A DNA stretch of 53,571 nucleotides from Thermostichus sp. DRC_bins_24 (GCA_039794845.1 JAUQVK010000072.1:1-53571), one strand, 5' to 3'; positions 29,446-39,690 are shown, counted from the first letter of the stretch. Made by a program: numbers and translations. Notes: generated from the letters alone by a model not told the origin.

Positions 29446-29703
29446 ATGAGCCGCTTACCCCAAACCACCGCCCATGTGCAGATAACCCGCTACTCTTGGC
29501 AGGAGGGTGCCATTGAGGGGGAGGTCAACGCCAATGGTTGGGTTTGGCGGTTTTGCTGGTGTTTCCGGGCCGGGGAGCTCAAGGTCGAGCCTTCTGTGGG
29601 CCGGGCTCTGATTCGAGAACCTTTGAGCCGCTTTCTGGAAAAATCCGATTACCTGTTGGAAGCCGGCAGCAACTACTCGTTTGTGATTCGCAGCAGCCTG
29701 TGA
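29446..29703 (+). CDS. Conserved cyanobacterial protein (DUF3146-like)
   Basis: 'LPQTTAHVQITRYSW...VEPSVGRALIREPLSRFLEKSDYLLE'. Confidence 0.85.
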   Translation: MSRLPQTTAHVQITRYSWQEGAIEGEVNANGWVWRFCWCFRAGELKVEPSVGRALIREPLSRFLEKSDYLLEAGSNYSFVIRSSL

Positions 29704-29850
29704 TTGTCCCTTGGGGGATCCACAAGGGTTAGATTCGGGCTAACCATGGGATGCAGCGGCCGGTGAGGGGAAGGAACCTGTTAAAGTGACTGGCAATGTT
29801 GGGATCCGCGGGATCCCCTGGAGTGAATGCGGTTGTGGGGAGGCGTGAAA

Positions 29851-31221
29851 ATGACGGGGGCTGAGACGAAGGGCCTAAGGCGGGCACTGGGGATATACGG
29901 TAGCCCCAAAATGGGCATGCTGCTGCTGCTGGGCTTTTCTTCGGGGTTGCCGCTGCTGCTGATCAATACCACCCTGAATGCTTGGCTCACCCAAGCGGGC
30001 TTGACCACCATCACCATTGGCTTGTTTAACCTGCTCAATTTGCCCTATTCCTTCAAGTTTCTGTGGTCGCCTTTTTTGGATCGGTTTTTGTTGCCTGCGC
30101 CGGGATCCCTGCGGGGCAGTCGCCGACGCGGTTGGATGGCCCTTACGCAAGTGTTGTTGCTCCTCAGCTTGGGTTTGTTGGGTTTTCAAGATCCAACCCA
30201 AACTTGGCTGGAAGGATTGGGGTTAGAGGAGCTGGCGCAAACCTGGCCCGGTATAACCGTGCTCACCCGTCCGATCTTTGTGGTGGGATTGCTGGTGGCC
30301 TTTTTCGGGGCTTCTCAGGATATCGCCGTGGATGCCTACCGTACCGATGTGTTGGAAGAGCGGGAGATGGGAGCTGGGGTGGCCATTTTTGTGTTTGGCT
30401 ACCGCATGGCGCTGCTGGTCAGCAGTGGGGTGGGGCTGATCCTGGCGGACTATTTGCCCTGGTGGCAGGTGTACGGCATTATGGCGCTGCTGATGTCGAT
30501 CGGGGTGGTCACCTCTTTTTTGGCTCCAGAGCCGGAGAATAGCGCTCTGAAACCCACCTCTTTACGAGCTGCCATCCTCGAGCCGTTTCAATCCTTCTGG
30601 CAACACCGCCTTGCTCTGGTAATTCTGCTGTTTGTGGTTTGCTTTAAGCTGCCGGATAGCCTGGCGGGACAAATGACCCCGACTTTTCTGCTGCAAACGG
30701 GGTTTAGCACCAGCGACCTGGGCATTATTCGCAGCTGGGTGGGCTTGTTTGCTACCTTGGCGGGGGCCTTTGTGGGGGGAGAGTGGGTAAGCCGCCTCGG
30801 CACCTATCGCTGCCTGTTTATCTTCGCGATTCTGCAAGGGATCGGCAATTTGGGCCTGGGGGCGATCGGGCTGGTGGGGCAAAATTACCCGCTGCTGGTG
30901 GGGGCAACGATTTTTGACAACATGGCCGGGGGCATGGGCACCGCTGCTTTTTTGGCCTTCTTGATGAGCCTGTGTGATCGACAGTTCAGTGCTACTCAGT
31001 ATGCCTTGCTCACCAGCGTGTTCGCTGTCGGGGGAACTCTGGCGGGAGCCGGCTCTGGCTATTTGGCCGCTGCGGTGAGTTGGCCGATGTTTTACTTGAT
31101 CACTGCGTTTACGGCCCTTCCGGCCCTAGTGTTGTTGCTCTGGATTGGGCCCTCCACCGGGATCCCTTCTCCTGAACCCGTTACAGTAACTGAGGGAGGG
31201 GATCCCCCTGTGCGGGAGTGA
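29851..31221 (+). CDS. ampG: AmpG-family muropeptide MFS transporter
   Basis: 'LGFSSGLP', 'KFLWSPFLD', 'ASQDIAVDAYR', 'FSATQYALL'. Confidence 0.92.
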   Translation: MTGAETKGLRRALGIYGSPKMGMLLLLGFSSGLPLLLINTTLNAWLTQAGLTTITIGLFNLLNLPYSFKFLWSPFLDRFLLPAPGSLRGSRRRGWMALTQVLLLLSLGLLGFQDPTQTWLEGLGLEELAQTWPGITVLTRPIFVVGLLVAFFGASQDIAVDAYRTDVLEEREMGAGVAIFVFGYRMALLVSSGVGLILADYLPWWQVYGIMALLMSIGVVTSFLAPEPENSALKPTSLRAAILEPFQSFWQHRLALVILLFVVCFKLPDSLAGQMTPTFLLQTGFSTSDLGIIRSWVGLFATLAGAFVGGEWVSRLGTYRCLFIFAILQGIGNLGLGAIGLVGQNYPLLVGATIFDNMAGGMGTAAFLAFLMSLCDRQFSATQYALLTSVFAVGGTLAGAGSGYLAAAVSWPMFYLITAFTALPALVLLLWIGPSTGIPSPEPVTVTEGGDPPVRE

Positions 31222-31323
31222 ATTGGCATGGAAATATCGCCCCAATAGGCATAAAAAAGGATCCCTACTACCACAGGGATCCCATCCTTCATTCAAGAAT
31301 TCAAGATTTCAAGATTTCGCGGT

Positions 31324-33378
31324 CTACAGCACCGTATCCTGACGAACCGAGAGGTTCTGAATGCGGGTATCTTCCGCAGCCGGGGTATCGAGCTCCGTAA
31401 ACACGCCAATTTGCTGCAGGTAGAGAGCCAGGGCATTTTGTTCGCTGCCGGGGGTATCGAAGGTATTGCCAGAGCTGGGAGCCAGATCCACCTGAGCAAT
31501 ATTGGAGAAGCTCCGGAAAGGATAGTCATCCCCACCATTGGCCAAGAAGCCCAGCGTCACCAGGCGGAAGGTACGGTTGGGATCCCCTTGAAGCTGGCCG
31601 TTTTGCACCACAATATCCGGCCCGGTCGGGGTATCGACCCGCAGCGAGAGCACACGGGATCCCGGCGGGCGGGCAGGATCAAAGCTGAAGGCAAAACCGC
31701 CAATTTGCGGGAAGCGCCCGGGAGTCGCACCCGGCTGAGTTTGGGCTACCCCATGTTCGGCCACCCGTTTCAGCTCATCGGCGGTCACGGTGAGCAAGGA
31801 GAGGCCGTTGTTGAAGGCCAGGGAGCTTTCGATATCCAACTGGGAGATCTCTCCCGCTTGTTTGCCCGCATCCGGGTTCGCCAGGGGAGGGATCCGTCGC
31901 ACAGGCTCACCACCGCCGCCGCCGGTGGTCGCCCCGATCGGAGCGCGAATACCACCGCCATTTTTTAGGGAGATGACGGTGCTGGGATCAATCGCTTGCG
32001 CGTAGGCCAGGTTGGCATCGGCAGTCAAGTTACCCAGGTTGGTTTCTTCGGTGCGCACTTCAGCCCGCAATCCATTTAAGTAATGGGTGGTGGAGCCAAA
32101 GGTGCGGCCATCCTTAGTGCGGATGATGTTGCCAATGTCGGCGGCAATACGGGCCACCTCCGGATTGGGGGTGCCTCCCACGGCCGCTACTCCCTGATCA
32201 TCGGCGGCATAGGCCCCGCTGAGGGGATCCACAGCGCTGATCACCCCATTGGCATCGAAGCTGACGATCAGACGACCCACGTAGCGATAGTTGGAATCGG
32301 TATTGACCACCGCCACCGGCTGACCGCTGAGGGAGGTGCGCAAAATCGGGTAGTCTCCTGTGCGGCGATCGGGCAAATCGGTACGCAAGCGGTCTTCGGG
32401 CTTAGCCAGCACACGATGGGATCCACCCGCGATGATCACATCCACATCCCGCAACTGGCTGGCCAAGTTCACTTCGTTTTGGAGTTGTTGCAGGTGGGCC
32501 AGCAGGAAGATCTTGTTGATCCCCTGAGCTGTGAGCTCATCCACAAAAGGTTGCAATACAAAGGCATTCACCTGGTCGGTGTCGTCAAAGCTCCCTTCCA
32601 CCGTCACCCGTGGTCCGGGGCTAGAAATCCCTGCCAAACGGGTGGTGGTGGCGCCGACCAAGCCAATGCGCTCACCCCCAACGGTGATTACAGCGGTACG
32701 GGCAATTTTGTTGCGAATACTGCTGGCTTCCTGCCCATCGGCTGCAATGTCCGAAGCCGTGATCTGGTCGCTATCAGGGGTAAAGCTGAGGTTAGCGCTC
32801 AGATAAGGGAAGCGGGCGCCAGCATAGCCACGACCACTGTCGGGACGGATCAAATCACGGATTTGGCGAGGTCCTTGATCAAATTCGTGGTTACCGAAGG
32901 CGGCAGCCTCAAACCCAATGGCATTGATGATTTCGATATCCGCTTGGCCCGGAGTGCGGTTGTATCGACCGGCAAGGGAGGGATCCGCGCTGGCGTTGTA
33001 GAAGGGGCTGGGAATGTAGTTATCGCCGCTGGAAAGCACCACCGTATTGGGAAATTGGGGTCGCAGGGCGTTCACCACTGCCGAAAAACGGGGGGCATCC
33101 TGTACGGCAGCCAAAGAGGCCTCCAGGTCACTGGCGTGCAGCACTTGCAGGGTAAACGCGGGGGGTTGAGTTGAGAGCACAACACCGGGATCGGTGCCGA
33201 TGAAGCCCGCACCCCCACCGGTGGAAACAGAGCTGCTGCCGCTACCGCCACAGGCGCTGGCCCAGCTGAGCACGACCCACAAAAGACCAATCCCTAGGGA
33301 TCTGGCCAAGGTGTTCAAACAGCCCCAGACCCACCCCTTTTCAGAAGGGGATCGGGGCGCAAGACGAGAGGCTTTCAT
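31324..33378 (-). CDS. Secreted/lipoprotein bifunctional metallophosphatase/5'-nucleotidase
   Basis: 'LHASDLE', 'SSGDNY', 'FGNHEFD', 'ETNLGNLTADA', 'NGGGIR', 'GRFPQIGG'; lipobox-like 'ASAC-GG'. Confidence 0.9.
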   Translation of the reverse strand: MKASRLAPRSPSEKGWVWGCLNTLARSLGIGLLWVVLSWASACGGSGSSSVSTGGGAGFIGTDPGVVLSTQPPAFTLQVLHASDLEASLAAVQDAPRFSAVVNALRPQFPNTVVLSSGDNYIPSPFYNASADPSLAGRYNRTPGQADIEIINAIGFEAAAFGNHEFDQGPRQIRDLIRPDSGRGYAGARFPYLSANLSFTPDSDQITASDIAADGQEASSIRNKIARTAVITVGGERIGLVGATTTRLAGISSPGPRVTVEGSFDDTDQVNAFVLQPFVDELTAQGINKIFLLAHLQQLQNEVNLASQLRDVDVIIAGGSHRVLAKPEDRLRTDLPDRRTGDYPILRTSLSGQPVAVVNTDSNYRYVGRLIVSFDANGVISAVDPLSGAYAADDQGVAAVGGTPNPEVARIAADIGNIIRTKDGRTFGSTTHYLNGLRAEVRTEETNLGNLTADANLAYAQAIDPSTVISLKNGGGIRAPIGATTGGGGGEPVRRIPPLANPDAGKQAGEISQLDIESSLAFNNGLSLLTVTADELKRVAEHGVAQTQPGATPGRFPQIGGFAFSFDPARPPGSRVLSLRVDTPTGPDIVVQNGQLQGDPNRTFRLVTLGFLANGGDDYPFRSFSNIAQVDLAPSSGNTFDTPGSEQNALALYLQQIGVFTELDTPAAEDTRIQNLSVRQDTVL

Positions 33379-33459
33379 AGCGATTAATTGACTCCATCCA
33401 CGAGACAGGCACGTCCGCGTTCACGTTACCAGGCCGGGGATAGAGGTTTCGCTATGGCA

Positions 33460-33489
33460 AGTTTAAGCTTGGATCAAGCTGAGGTTAAG
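33460..33489 (-). promoter_or_regulatory. Pho box (SphR/PhoB binding site), three repeats
   Basis: Minus strand CTTAACCT-cag-CTTGATCC-aag-CTTAAACT, 11-bp period, about 80 bp upstream of the phosphatase start. Confidence 0.8.
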
Positions 33490-33871
33490 CTTGCCGTTCA
33501 TGGGCCTCGGGATCCCAGCCGAACTGCTGCAAATCCACCCGCCCTTCGGAGTCAAAGAGGATCCCTTCGGCTTCCAAAAGAACTTTTTGCAAGTCATCTT
33601 GGCCCATGCGAAACGGCGAGTAAGAAATGCGCCCTTGAGCATTGATCACCCGTTGCCAGGGAATATCCGTTTCTTGACCCTGTAGCCGAAACAGGGCGTA
33701 GCCCACCTGCCGTGCATAACCGGGATAGCCTGCGGCGCGGGCTACTTGCCCATAGGTCGCCACCCGCCCCACCGGGATCCGCCGTACCACGTCGTAGAAG
33801 CGCTGATAGAGGTTGGTTGAAGGCTGCTTTGAGTTCACGCTGAGATTGTCAACCTTCGGATCCCCAGGCAA
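33485..33871 (-). CDS. Alkyltransferase-like (ATL/YbaZ) protein
   Basis: 'IPVGRVATYGQVA', 'ARQVG'; PWQRV replaces the catalytic PCHRV. Confidence 0.9.
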   Translation of the reverse strand: MPGDPKVDNLSVNSKQPSTNLYQRFYDVVRRIPVGRVATYGQVARAAGYPGYARQVGYALFRLQGQETDIPWQRVINAQGRISYSPFRMGQDDLQKVLLEAEGILFDSEGRVDLQQFGWDPEAHERQA

Positions 33872-33931
33872 ACCATGAAGTTCCTCCCTGACCCGGCTCT
33901 TCTGCGAGGGTCATCCGTGGCCTAGCCCTCG

Positions 33932-34591
33932 CTATTGCGGCAACGAGGGAGGGGATCCCCCCTGTAACCAACGGGCTTCGTCGGGGCCATCCTTCAAAAT
34001 CACCATGTATCCCTGGGCTCCCCGCTCGATCAAGATCACCTCCTGACCTCTTTTGGGGACAGTAGTGGCCCATTCTGGCAGCAGAGCGCTGACCGTAACG
34101 CGATTGTGCTGGGCATCCAACACATCCACCTGGCCGATGCGTCCCCCCAATGGGATCTCCTGGGAGCTAACGGTGCCCACCCGCCCGATCAACCGCTCTT
34201 CGCTGGCATCTTCGCCAAATCCTGCCAAGGCCAGCCCGATCGGACGGGCCATCCAACGACCCAAGGCCACAGCAACCGCCAGCGAGCCGAGCAACACGCC
34301 GAATTGCCCTGCACTCGCCAGGGATCCCAGCCAACCCAGCAACACCACCTGCGCCATCCAGCCCAGCAACCCCCATAGGGAGAAATCCAGGGCCAGCAAC
34401 ACCACCAGCGGTGCCTCCCCAACCCCTAACCAGCTCCACAGGGATCCCCCGGCTCCATCCAAATCCGCATCCAGATCAGACGCCAGCTCCAGATCCTCAT
34501 CCCCTCCCCCAGCCAGGATCACCAGCAAAAACAAGCCCACCCCAATCCCCAAGAGGATCCAATAGGGCAAGTTCAGCAGGCTAAAGAGCAT
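33932..34591 (-). CDS. YqiJ/NfeD-like OB-fold membrane protein
   Basis: TM, acidic 'DEDLELASDLDADLD' linker, 'WLGVGEAPL', two more TMs, OB fold 'LIGRVGTV...GQVDVLD'. Confidence 0.8.
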   Translation of the reverse strand: MLFSLLNLPYWILLGIGVGLFLLVILAGGGDEDLELASDLDADLDGAGGSLWSWLGVGEAPLVVLLALDFSLWGLLGWMAQVVLLGWLGSLASAGQFGVLLGSLAVAVALGRWMARPIGLALAGFGEDASEERLIGRVGTVSSQEIPLGGRIGQVDVLDAQHNRVTVSALLPEWATTVPKRGQEVILIERGAQGYMVILKDGPDEARWLQGGSPPSLPQ

Positions 34592-34750
34592 GGCGGGCCT
34601 CAAGCAAACTCTGCACAGTGAGTGATCTCGACAAGACTCTCCTGCTCTTACCCTACCGCCTTGGCTGGAACCCAGGCACCCCTCAATGCCAATCCTTTCT
34701 GCGTTAACGCTATCTTTCTGGCAGGTGATTCTGTAGGGAGAACAACACCG

Positions 34751-35761
34751 ATGATGCGCATTTCCATTCAGCCGGAGAGCGGGATCCCTGGATCCATCCA
34801 GTTGTTTAATTTGCTTTGTTTTGCCATCGCCTGTGGGCAATTTCCCCCCGGTCGCCGCCTGCCCAGCACCCGCCAATTGGCCATGCAAACGGGCCTGCAT
34901 CGCAACACCATTAACAAGGTTTATCACCAACTGGAAGCCATGGGCTTGGTGGAAACTCGGGCTGCATCCGGCATTTATGTAAGTGGCACTGCCCGACAAC
35001 TGGCCAACTCCTCTCAGGCCCTCAGCCAAGACCTGGACAAATCCAAACAAGCCCTACACCTGGTGCGCCAAGGTATTGACCAACTCCAACAACAGGGCTT
35101 TTCCCTAGAGCAAGTGCGGGATCTTTTGCTGGCAGAGATTGATTGGCGGCTGCGCTGCAGTGCTCAGGTGTTGGTGTGTGTGCCCAGTCGAGATTTGGGC
35201 ACCGGGGAACTGATGGCTCAGCAAATTCAACAGGCTTTGGGCATCCGGGTGCAGTTGGTGCCCTTGGAAGATCTGGCCACCGTTTTGGATCAGATCCATT
35301 CCGGCACCATCGTAACGATTCGCTATTTTTTAAGCGCCATCGAAGCCATTGCCCAACCCCGCGGCGCCCGTGTACTGACGGTGGAAGTGTCTGACTATGC
35401 TCAAGAAATTGCCTTGATCCGCCAATTGCCCCCCCACACCTGCCTGGGACTGGTGAGCATCAGCACCGCTTTGCTGGAGGTTGCCGAGGTGATCGTCCAC
35501 AGCTTGCGCGGGGAGGATCTGCTGGTGCTGACGGCGGTTATTTCTGATACGGAACGAGTGGCCTCTGTGATCCGCCGCGCCCATACCCTGATTTGCGACG
35601 AGGCCAGTCATGCCACCCTCCGCGCCCTATTGCGTCAAGCCCGAGCCGACCTAATCCGTATGCCCACCCTGGTCTGTGCCAGGCCTCATATTGGGGAAGC
35701 CGCGCTGGCGGAACTGCGGCGAGAGTTGGGAGGGATCCCGGTGCAGGAGAGGGGAGCTTAA
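34751..35761 (+). CDS. plmA: GntR-family regulator, PlmA type
   Basis: 'RLPSTRQLAMQTGLHRNTINKVY', 'EIDWRLRCSA', 'HSLRG'. Confidence 0.85.
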   Translation: MMRISIQPESGIPGSIQLFNLLCFAIACGQFPPGRRLPSTRQLAMQTGLHRNTINKVYHQLEAMGLVETRAASGIYVSGTARQLANSSQALSQDLDKSKQALHLVRQGIDQLQQQGFSLEQVRDLLLAEIDWRLRCSAQVLVCVPSRDLGTGELMAQQIQQALGIRVQLVPLEDLATVLDQIHSGTIVTIRYFLSAIEAIAQPRGARVLTVEVSDYAQEIALIRQLPPHTCLGLVSISTALLEVAEVIVHSLRGEDLLVLTAVISDTERVASVIRRAHTLICDEASHATLRALLRQARADLIRMPTLVCARPHIGEAALAELRRELGGIPVQERGA

Positions 35762-35927
35762 CGGGAAAGGGCAAGGCCGGGATGTGGCCGGAACCCGCGG
35801 GAGATGAGGTTAAGCCTTGTTACAGTCAAGCCATCTTGCGGATGACCAACCATGGAAGATCATGCTTAAGTGTAATTACGGTAAGAGTCTACCTTTTTTG
35901 ATTCACCCTCTCTCAGTCTTTCCACTT

Positions 35928-36350
35928 ATGGTGATCCTCGACTACGCCTCCACTGACCACGACCATGTGGCAGTCACAACGGATGGTTTTTTGGAGTCCA
36001 TTCGCTTCCAAAATCATTTTTACGCCTTTAATCGCAGCTTTCGTACCCTCAAAGAGGCCGTTGACAGCTGCCGCCACGATATGGACTACGGATCCCTGGT
36101 CAGTATTGTGGTGGTGCGTTCTGATCGCTGTGAGGTTTGGTCACAGCTGGGATCTGAAATTCCTGTTGTACCCAAGTGCCTGCTGAGCACCACCCTCTCT
36201 CAACCCGCGGCTCCGGCCAAGCCCAGGTGGCTCTTTCGCAACTGGGGTCGGTCCATTCCTGCCAATGCTTATTTTGTGGATGGCGAACCTTCTCCACGCC
36301 GGCCTCTGTTTTACCGTGGCGCTCGCCCCTACAATGCGCTGCAAGCCTGA
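35928..36350 (+). CDS. Hypothetical protein
   Basis: Uninterrupted ORF filling the intergenic gap; start uncertain; no family recognised. Confidence 0.5.
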   Translation: MVILDYASTDHDHVAVTTDGFLESIRFQNHFYAFNRSFRTLKEAVDSCRHDMDYGSLVSIVVVRSDRCEVWSQLGSEIPVVPKCLLSTTLSQPAAPAKPRWLFRNWGRSIPANAYFVDGEPSPRRPLFYRGARPYNALQA

Positions 36351-36366
36351 GGGGTTGGATCAAGGC

Positions 36367-38076
36367 TCATGGGGTGGCTCTTTCTGAGGGGGCTCCAGAG
36401 GGCGGAACTAGAGAATAGATTACCTGTTCTTTCCAGGCAACTTCTGGAGATCGGCCCTCGGGGGGCAGCGGATAAGGGATCCCGTTCAGATCCTGGGGCT
36501 CAGAAGGGATGGGTTCAGATCCTGGGGTGAAGATCCACTTCACCTGCTCCAGCTCTGGCGACTGGGCCAACCGACGCAAGAACCCAACCAGCGCTGACAG
36601 AGAAGTCTGGGCAGCAGACCGGCGATCCGAGTCTTGCCCCACACCCACTTTGGCCACCACCGCCTGCGGCCCAAACCAGGCCATCACCCCAGGATGACGT
36701 TCGGCCTGCACCAGCAACTCTTCAGCAGCAGCGATGCGGCGTAGGTTTTCCAGCCAGAGGGCACGGCGCAGTTCCTGTTGGCTGTCGGGTGGATCGGGGG
36801 CCTGGACAGCCGCCAACGAGCGGGGATAAATGGCAACCGTGAGCAACGGATGACTTAAGGTTGGGCGGGTTTTGTTCCGTTGGACGGCCATGAAGCGCAA
36901 ATTCACCTCTTGCTCTTCCACCAGCAGAGGCACTCGTTCGGCCACTTCCAGGCCAAATCCTTTCAAGCCGCTGATGTGACGGGGGGTATTGGTGATCAGA
37001 CGCATTTTTCGCACCCCCACCTCTCGCAGGATCTGCGCCCCAATGCCGTAATCGCGCAAATCCATCGCACTTGGGCCGCTGGCTTCCGACAACCCCAGAT
37101 CCTGCAGGGCATAGGTTTTGATCTGCTGGATGGGAGTGCCCCCCTGCACTTGCTGGCGCAGGTACACCACCACCCCCTTGCCTTGGTAGTCGATCATCTT
37201 CAGGGCAGCTGTCAATTGGCGACGACAATCGCAGCGCAGGGATCCCAGGGCATCCCCCAGTGGGCATTCCACATGCACCCGCACCAGTACGGCTTCCTCG
37301 GCAAATTGGGCCGGATCCCCTTTCACCAACGCCAAGTGCTCCACCTGGTTGAGGCTATCGCGGTAGCCATACACCTGAAAGGAGCCGAACTCTGTGGGCA
37401 GGGTCGCCGTTGCCTCTCGATGAACCAGTTGCTCGGTGTGCAGACGATATTCGATCAAATGGGCGATGGTGATGATTTTCAGATCGTGGTGACGGGCGTA
37501 GTCGATCAACTGGGGCAGGCGCGCCATTGAGCCATCCGGGTTTTGGATCTCACAAATAACCCCTGCCGGGTACAGCCCTGCCAACATCGCCAAATCCACC
37601 GCCGCTTCTGTATGGCCCGCCCGTTTCAATACGCCTCCTTCCCGTGCTCGCAACGGAAACACATGGCCCGGTCGGCGCAGATCTTCCGGTCGGGTGTTGG
37701 GGTGAATTGCCGCTTGGATGGTACGGGAGCGGTCAGCAGCAGAAATGCCGGTGGACACTCCGGCCTCTGGCCCAGCATCGATGCTGACGGTAAAGGCGGT
37801 TTGGTTGCTGTCGGTGTTTTGCCCCACCATCAACGGGATATTCAGTTCGTCCAGACGGGATCCCTGCATGGCGAGACAAATCAAGCCGCGCCCATGGGTA
37901 GCCATAAAGTTGATCGCCTGTGGGGTGGCGAACTGGGCCGCACAGATCAGATCCCCTTCGTTTTCCCGGCTTTCGTCATCGACCACGATGATCATGCGAC
38001 CACACTTGAGGTCTTCGAGAGCATCGGCGATGGAGTGGAAAACTGGCTCTGTTTCTGCGGACGGGATGGCACTCAT
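36367..38076 (-). CDS. ribBA: Fused DHBP synthase / GTP cyclohydrolase II-like protein (GCHII domain degenerate)
   Basis: RibB motifs 'DDESRENEGD', 'RPGHVFPL', 'RAGHTEA'; RibA-like 'C..GD...S.RCDC'. Confidence 0.9.
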   Translation of the reverse strand: MSAIPSAETEPVFHSIADALEDLKCGRMIIVVDDESRENEGDLICAAQFATPQAINFMATHGRGLICLAMQGSRLDELNIPLMVGQNTDSNQTAFTVSIDAGPEAGVSTGISAADRSRTIQAAIHPNTRPEDLRRPGHVFPLRAREGGVLKRAGHTEAAVDLAMLAGLYPAGVICEIQNPDGSMARLPQLIDYARHHDLKIITIAHLIEYRLHTEQLVHREATATLPTEFGSFQVYGYRDSLNQVEHLALVKGDPAQFAEEAVLVRVHVECPLGDALGSLRCDCRRQLTAALKMIDYQGKGVVVYLRQQVQGGTPIQQIKTYALQDLGLSEASGPSAMDLRDYGIGAQILREVGVRKMRLITNTPRHISGLKGFGLEVAERVPLLVEEQEVNLRFMAVQRNKTRPTLSHPLLTVAIYPRSLAAVQAPDPPDSQQELRRALWLENLRRIAAAEELLVQAERHPGVMAWFGPQAVVAKVGVGQDSDRRSAAQTSLSALVGFLRRLAQSPELEQVKWIFTPGSEPIPSEPQDLNGIPYPLPPEGRSPEVAWKEQVIYSLVPPSGAPSERATP

Positions 38077-38236
38077 GCAAAAAGTGGCGAATCAGGCTCA
38101 ATCGGCCTCTGACAACGGATCCATGCTAGAGCAAACTAGGCGACAAGGTTTCTCGGCACCAACCTCTGTAGACACATCCTCGGGATCCTTCTCTTGATCT
38201 GGCTCTTGATCTGGACCGATGGCTTAGGGAGGAACC

Positions 38237-39412
38237 TTAGTATTTGGGAATGGAGGGATCATAAGCCTCCGCCCAAGCGAGAATGCCCCCCTTTAGGTTT
38301 TTCCCCTGGATCCCGGCCGCTTGCAAAATCGCCAAGGCTTTGGCAGAGCGCACCCCACTCTTGCAGTGGACAATCAGCTCGGAGCCATTCACCAGTTGTC
38401 GCACCTGAGCCACCCCATCGCCGTTTTCAATTTGCGGCAACGGGATCAGCTTAGCGCCGGGAATGCGACCAATTTCCCACTCATTCGGGTTGCGCACATC
38501 AATCAGAACAAAATCCTTCTGGGCGTCGATGCGGGCCTTTAAGTCCGCTGCCGTGATCTCAGGGATCTCCGCTTGACTGGCCTGTTCTGTGGCTTGGGCT
38601 TGCGGGATCCCGCAGAACTGTTCGTAGTCGATTAGCTCCGTAATGGGAGGCGTGGCGGGGTTTTTGCGCAATTTCAGCTCCCGGAAAGTCATTTTTAGGG
38701 CATCGTAGAGCAGCAAGCGCCCACTCAAGGTGTTGCCGATGCCCAGCAGGATCTTTACGGTCTCGGTGGCTTGAATGACCCCGATGATGCCGGGAAGGAT
38801 CCCCAAGACTCCCCCTTCCGCACAGGAGGGCACCAGCCCCGGTGGCGGTGGCTCGGGGTAAAGATCCCGGTAATTGGGGCCATCTTCGTAGTTGAAGACC
38901 GTTGCTTGTCCCTCAAAGCGGAAGATCGAGCCGTAGACATTCGGCTTGCCCGTTAACACACAGGCATCATTGACCAGATAGCGCGTCGGGAAGTTATCGG
39001 TGCCATCCACAATCACGTCGTAGTCGGCAAACAGCTCTAGGGCATTGTGAGACTTGAGGGCAGTCTCGTACACATCCACTTGGCAGTAGGGGTTGATCTC
39101 CAAGATGCGGTTTTTGGCGGATTCCACCTTGGGTTTGCCCACCCAAGAGGTGCCGTGGATCACCTGTCGCTGCAGGTTGGATACATCCACCACATCAAAA
39201 TCGACGATGCCAATCCGCCCGATCCCGGCCGCTGCCAGATACAGCAACAGCGGGGATCCCAATCCACCTGTGCCAATGCAGAGCACTTTGCCCGCCTTAA
39301 GCCTCTTTTGCCCCTCCAGCCCCACCTCCGGCAGGATCAAGTGCCGAGAGAAGCGCTCCATCTCATCGCGGGAGAGGCTGACTTGGCTGGTGTCTAGGTT
39401 CAACATGCTCAA
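38237..39412 (-). CDS. moeB: MoeB/MoeZ adenylyltransferase-rhodanese fusion
   Basis: 'RFSRHLILPEVG', GTGGLG, 'SNLQRQ', 'PSCAEGGVLG'; rhodanese 'HCKSGVRS'. Confidence 0.93.
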   Translation of the reverse strand: MSMLNLDTSQVSLSRDEMERFSRHLILPEVGLEGQKRLKAGKVLCIGTGGLGSPLLLYLAAAGIGRIGIVDFDVVDVSNLQRQVIHGTSWVGKPKVESAKNRILEINPYCQVDVYETALKSHNALELFADYDVIVDGTDNFPTRYLVNDACVLTGKPNVYGSIFRFEGQATVFNYEDGPNYRDLYPEPPPPGLVPSCAEGGVLGILPGIIGVIQATETVKILLGIGNTLSGRLLLYDALKMTFRELKLRKNPATPPITELIDYEQFCGIPQAQATEQASQAEIPEITAADLKARIDAQKDFVLIDVRNPNEWEIGRIPGAKLIPLPQIENGDGVAQVRQLVNGSELIVHCKSGVRSAKALAILQAAGIQGKNLKGGILAWAEAYDPSIPKY

Positions 39413-39690
39413 AACCCTCCGGCGATAGCGGGAACAATGCTGATGGTGGCTTTTTCTCCGACGGGGGTGCTGTCCCCTTGTGCCAGATCCCGCACATCTT
39501 CATCATCCAAGTAAACATTAACGAAATTGCGCAGCTTACCGTCTTCCGTGTAGAGGTGGCGCTTCAGATCGGCGTAACGAGCGATCAGGTTGCTCATCAC
39601 CTCGCCGACGTTGCTGCCATCAACTTCGACGGCTTCCAGATTGTCGGTGTAGGGGCGTAGGGGAGAAGGGATCAGGATTTTGGTTGCCAT
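39409..39690 (-). CDS. MoaD/ThiS/CysO-family sulfur carrier
   Basis: Beta-grasp 'LRNFVNVYLDDEDVR'; C-terminus IAGGF. Confidence 0.92.
   Translation of the reverse strand: MATKILIPSPLRPYTDNLEAVEVDGSNVGEVMSNLIARYADLKRHLYTEDGKLRNFVNVYLDDEDVRDLAQGDSTPVGEKATISIVPAIAGGF

Noticed and set aside
33485..33871. Active O6-methylguanine methyltransferase
   Set aside because: The catalytic Cys is replaced by Trp (PWQRV), which defines ATL proteins.
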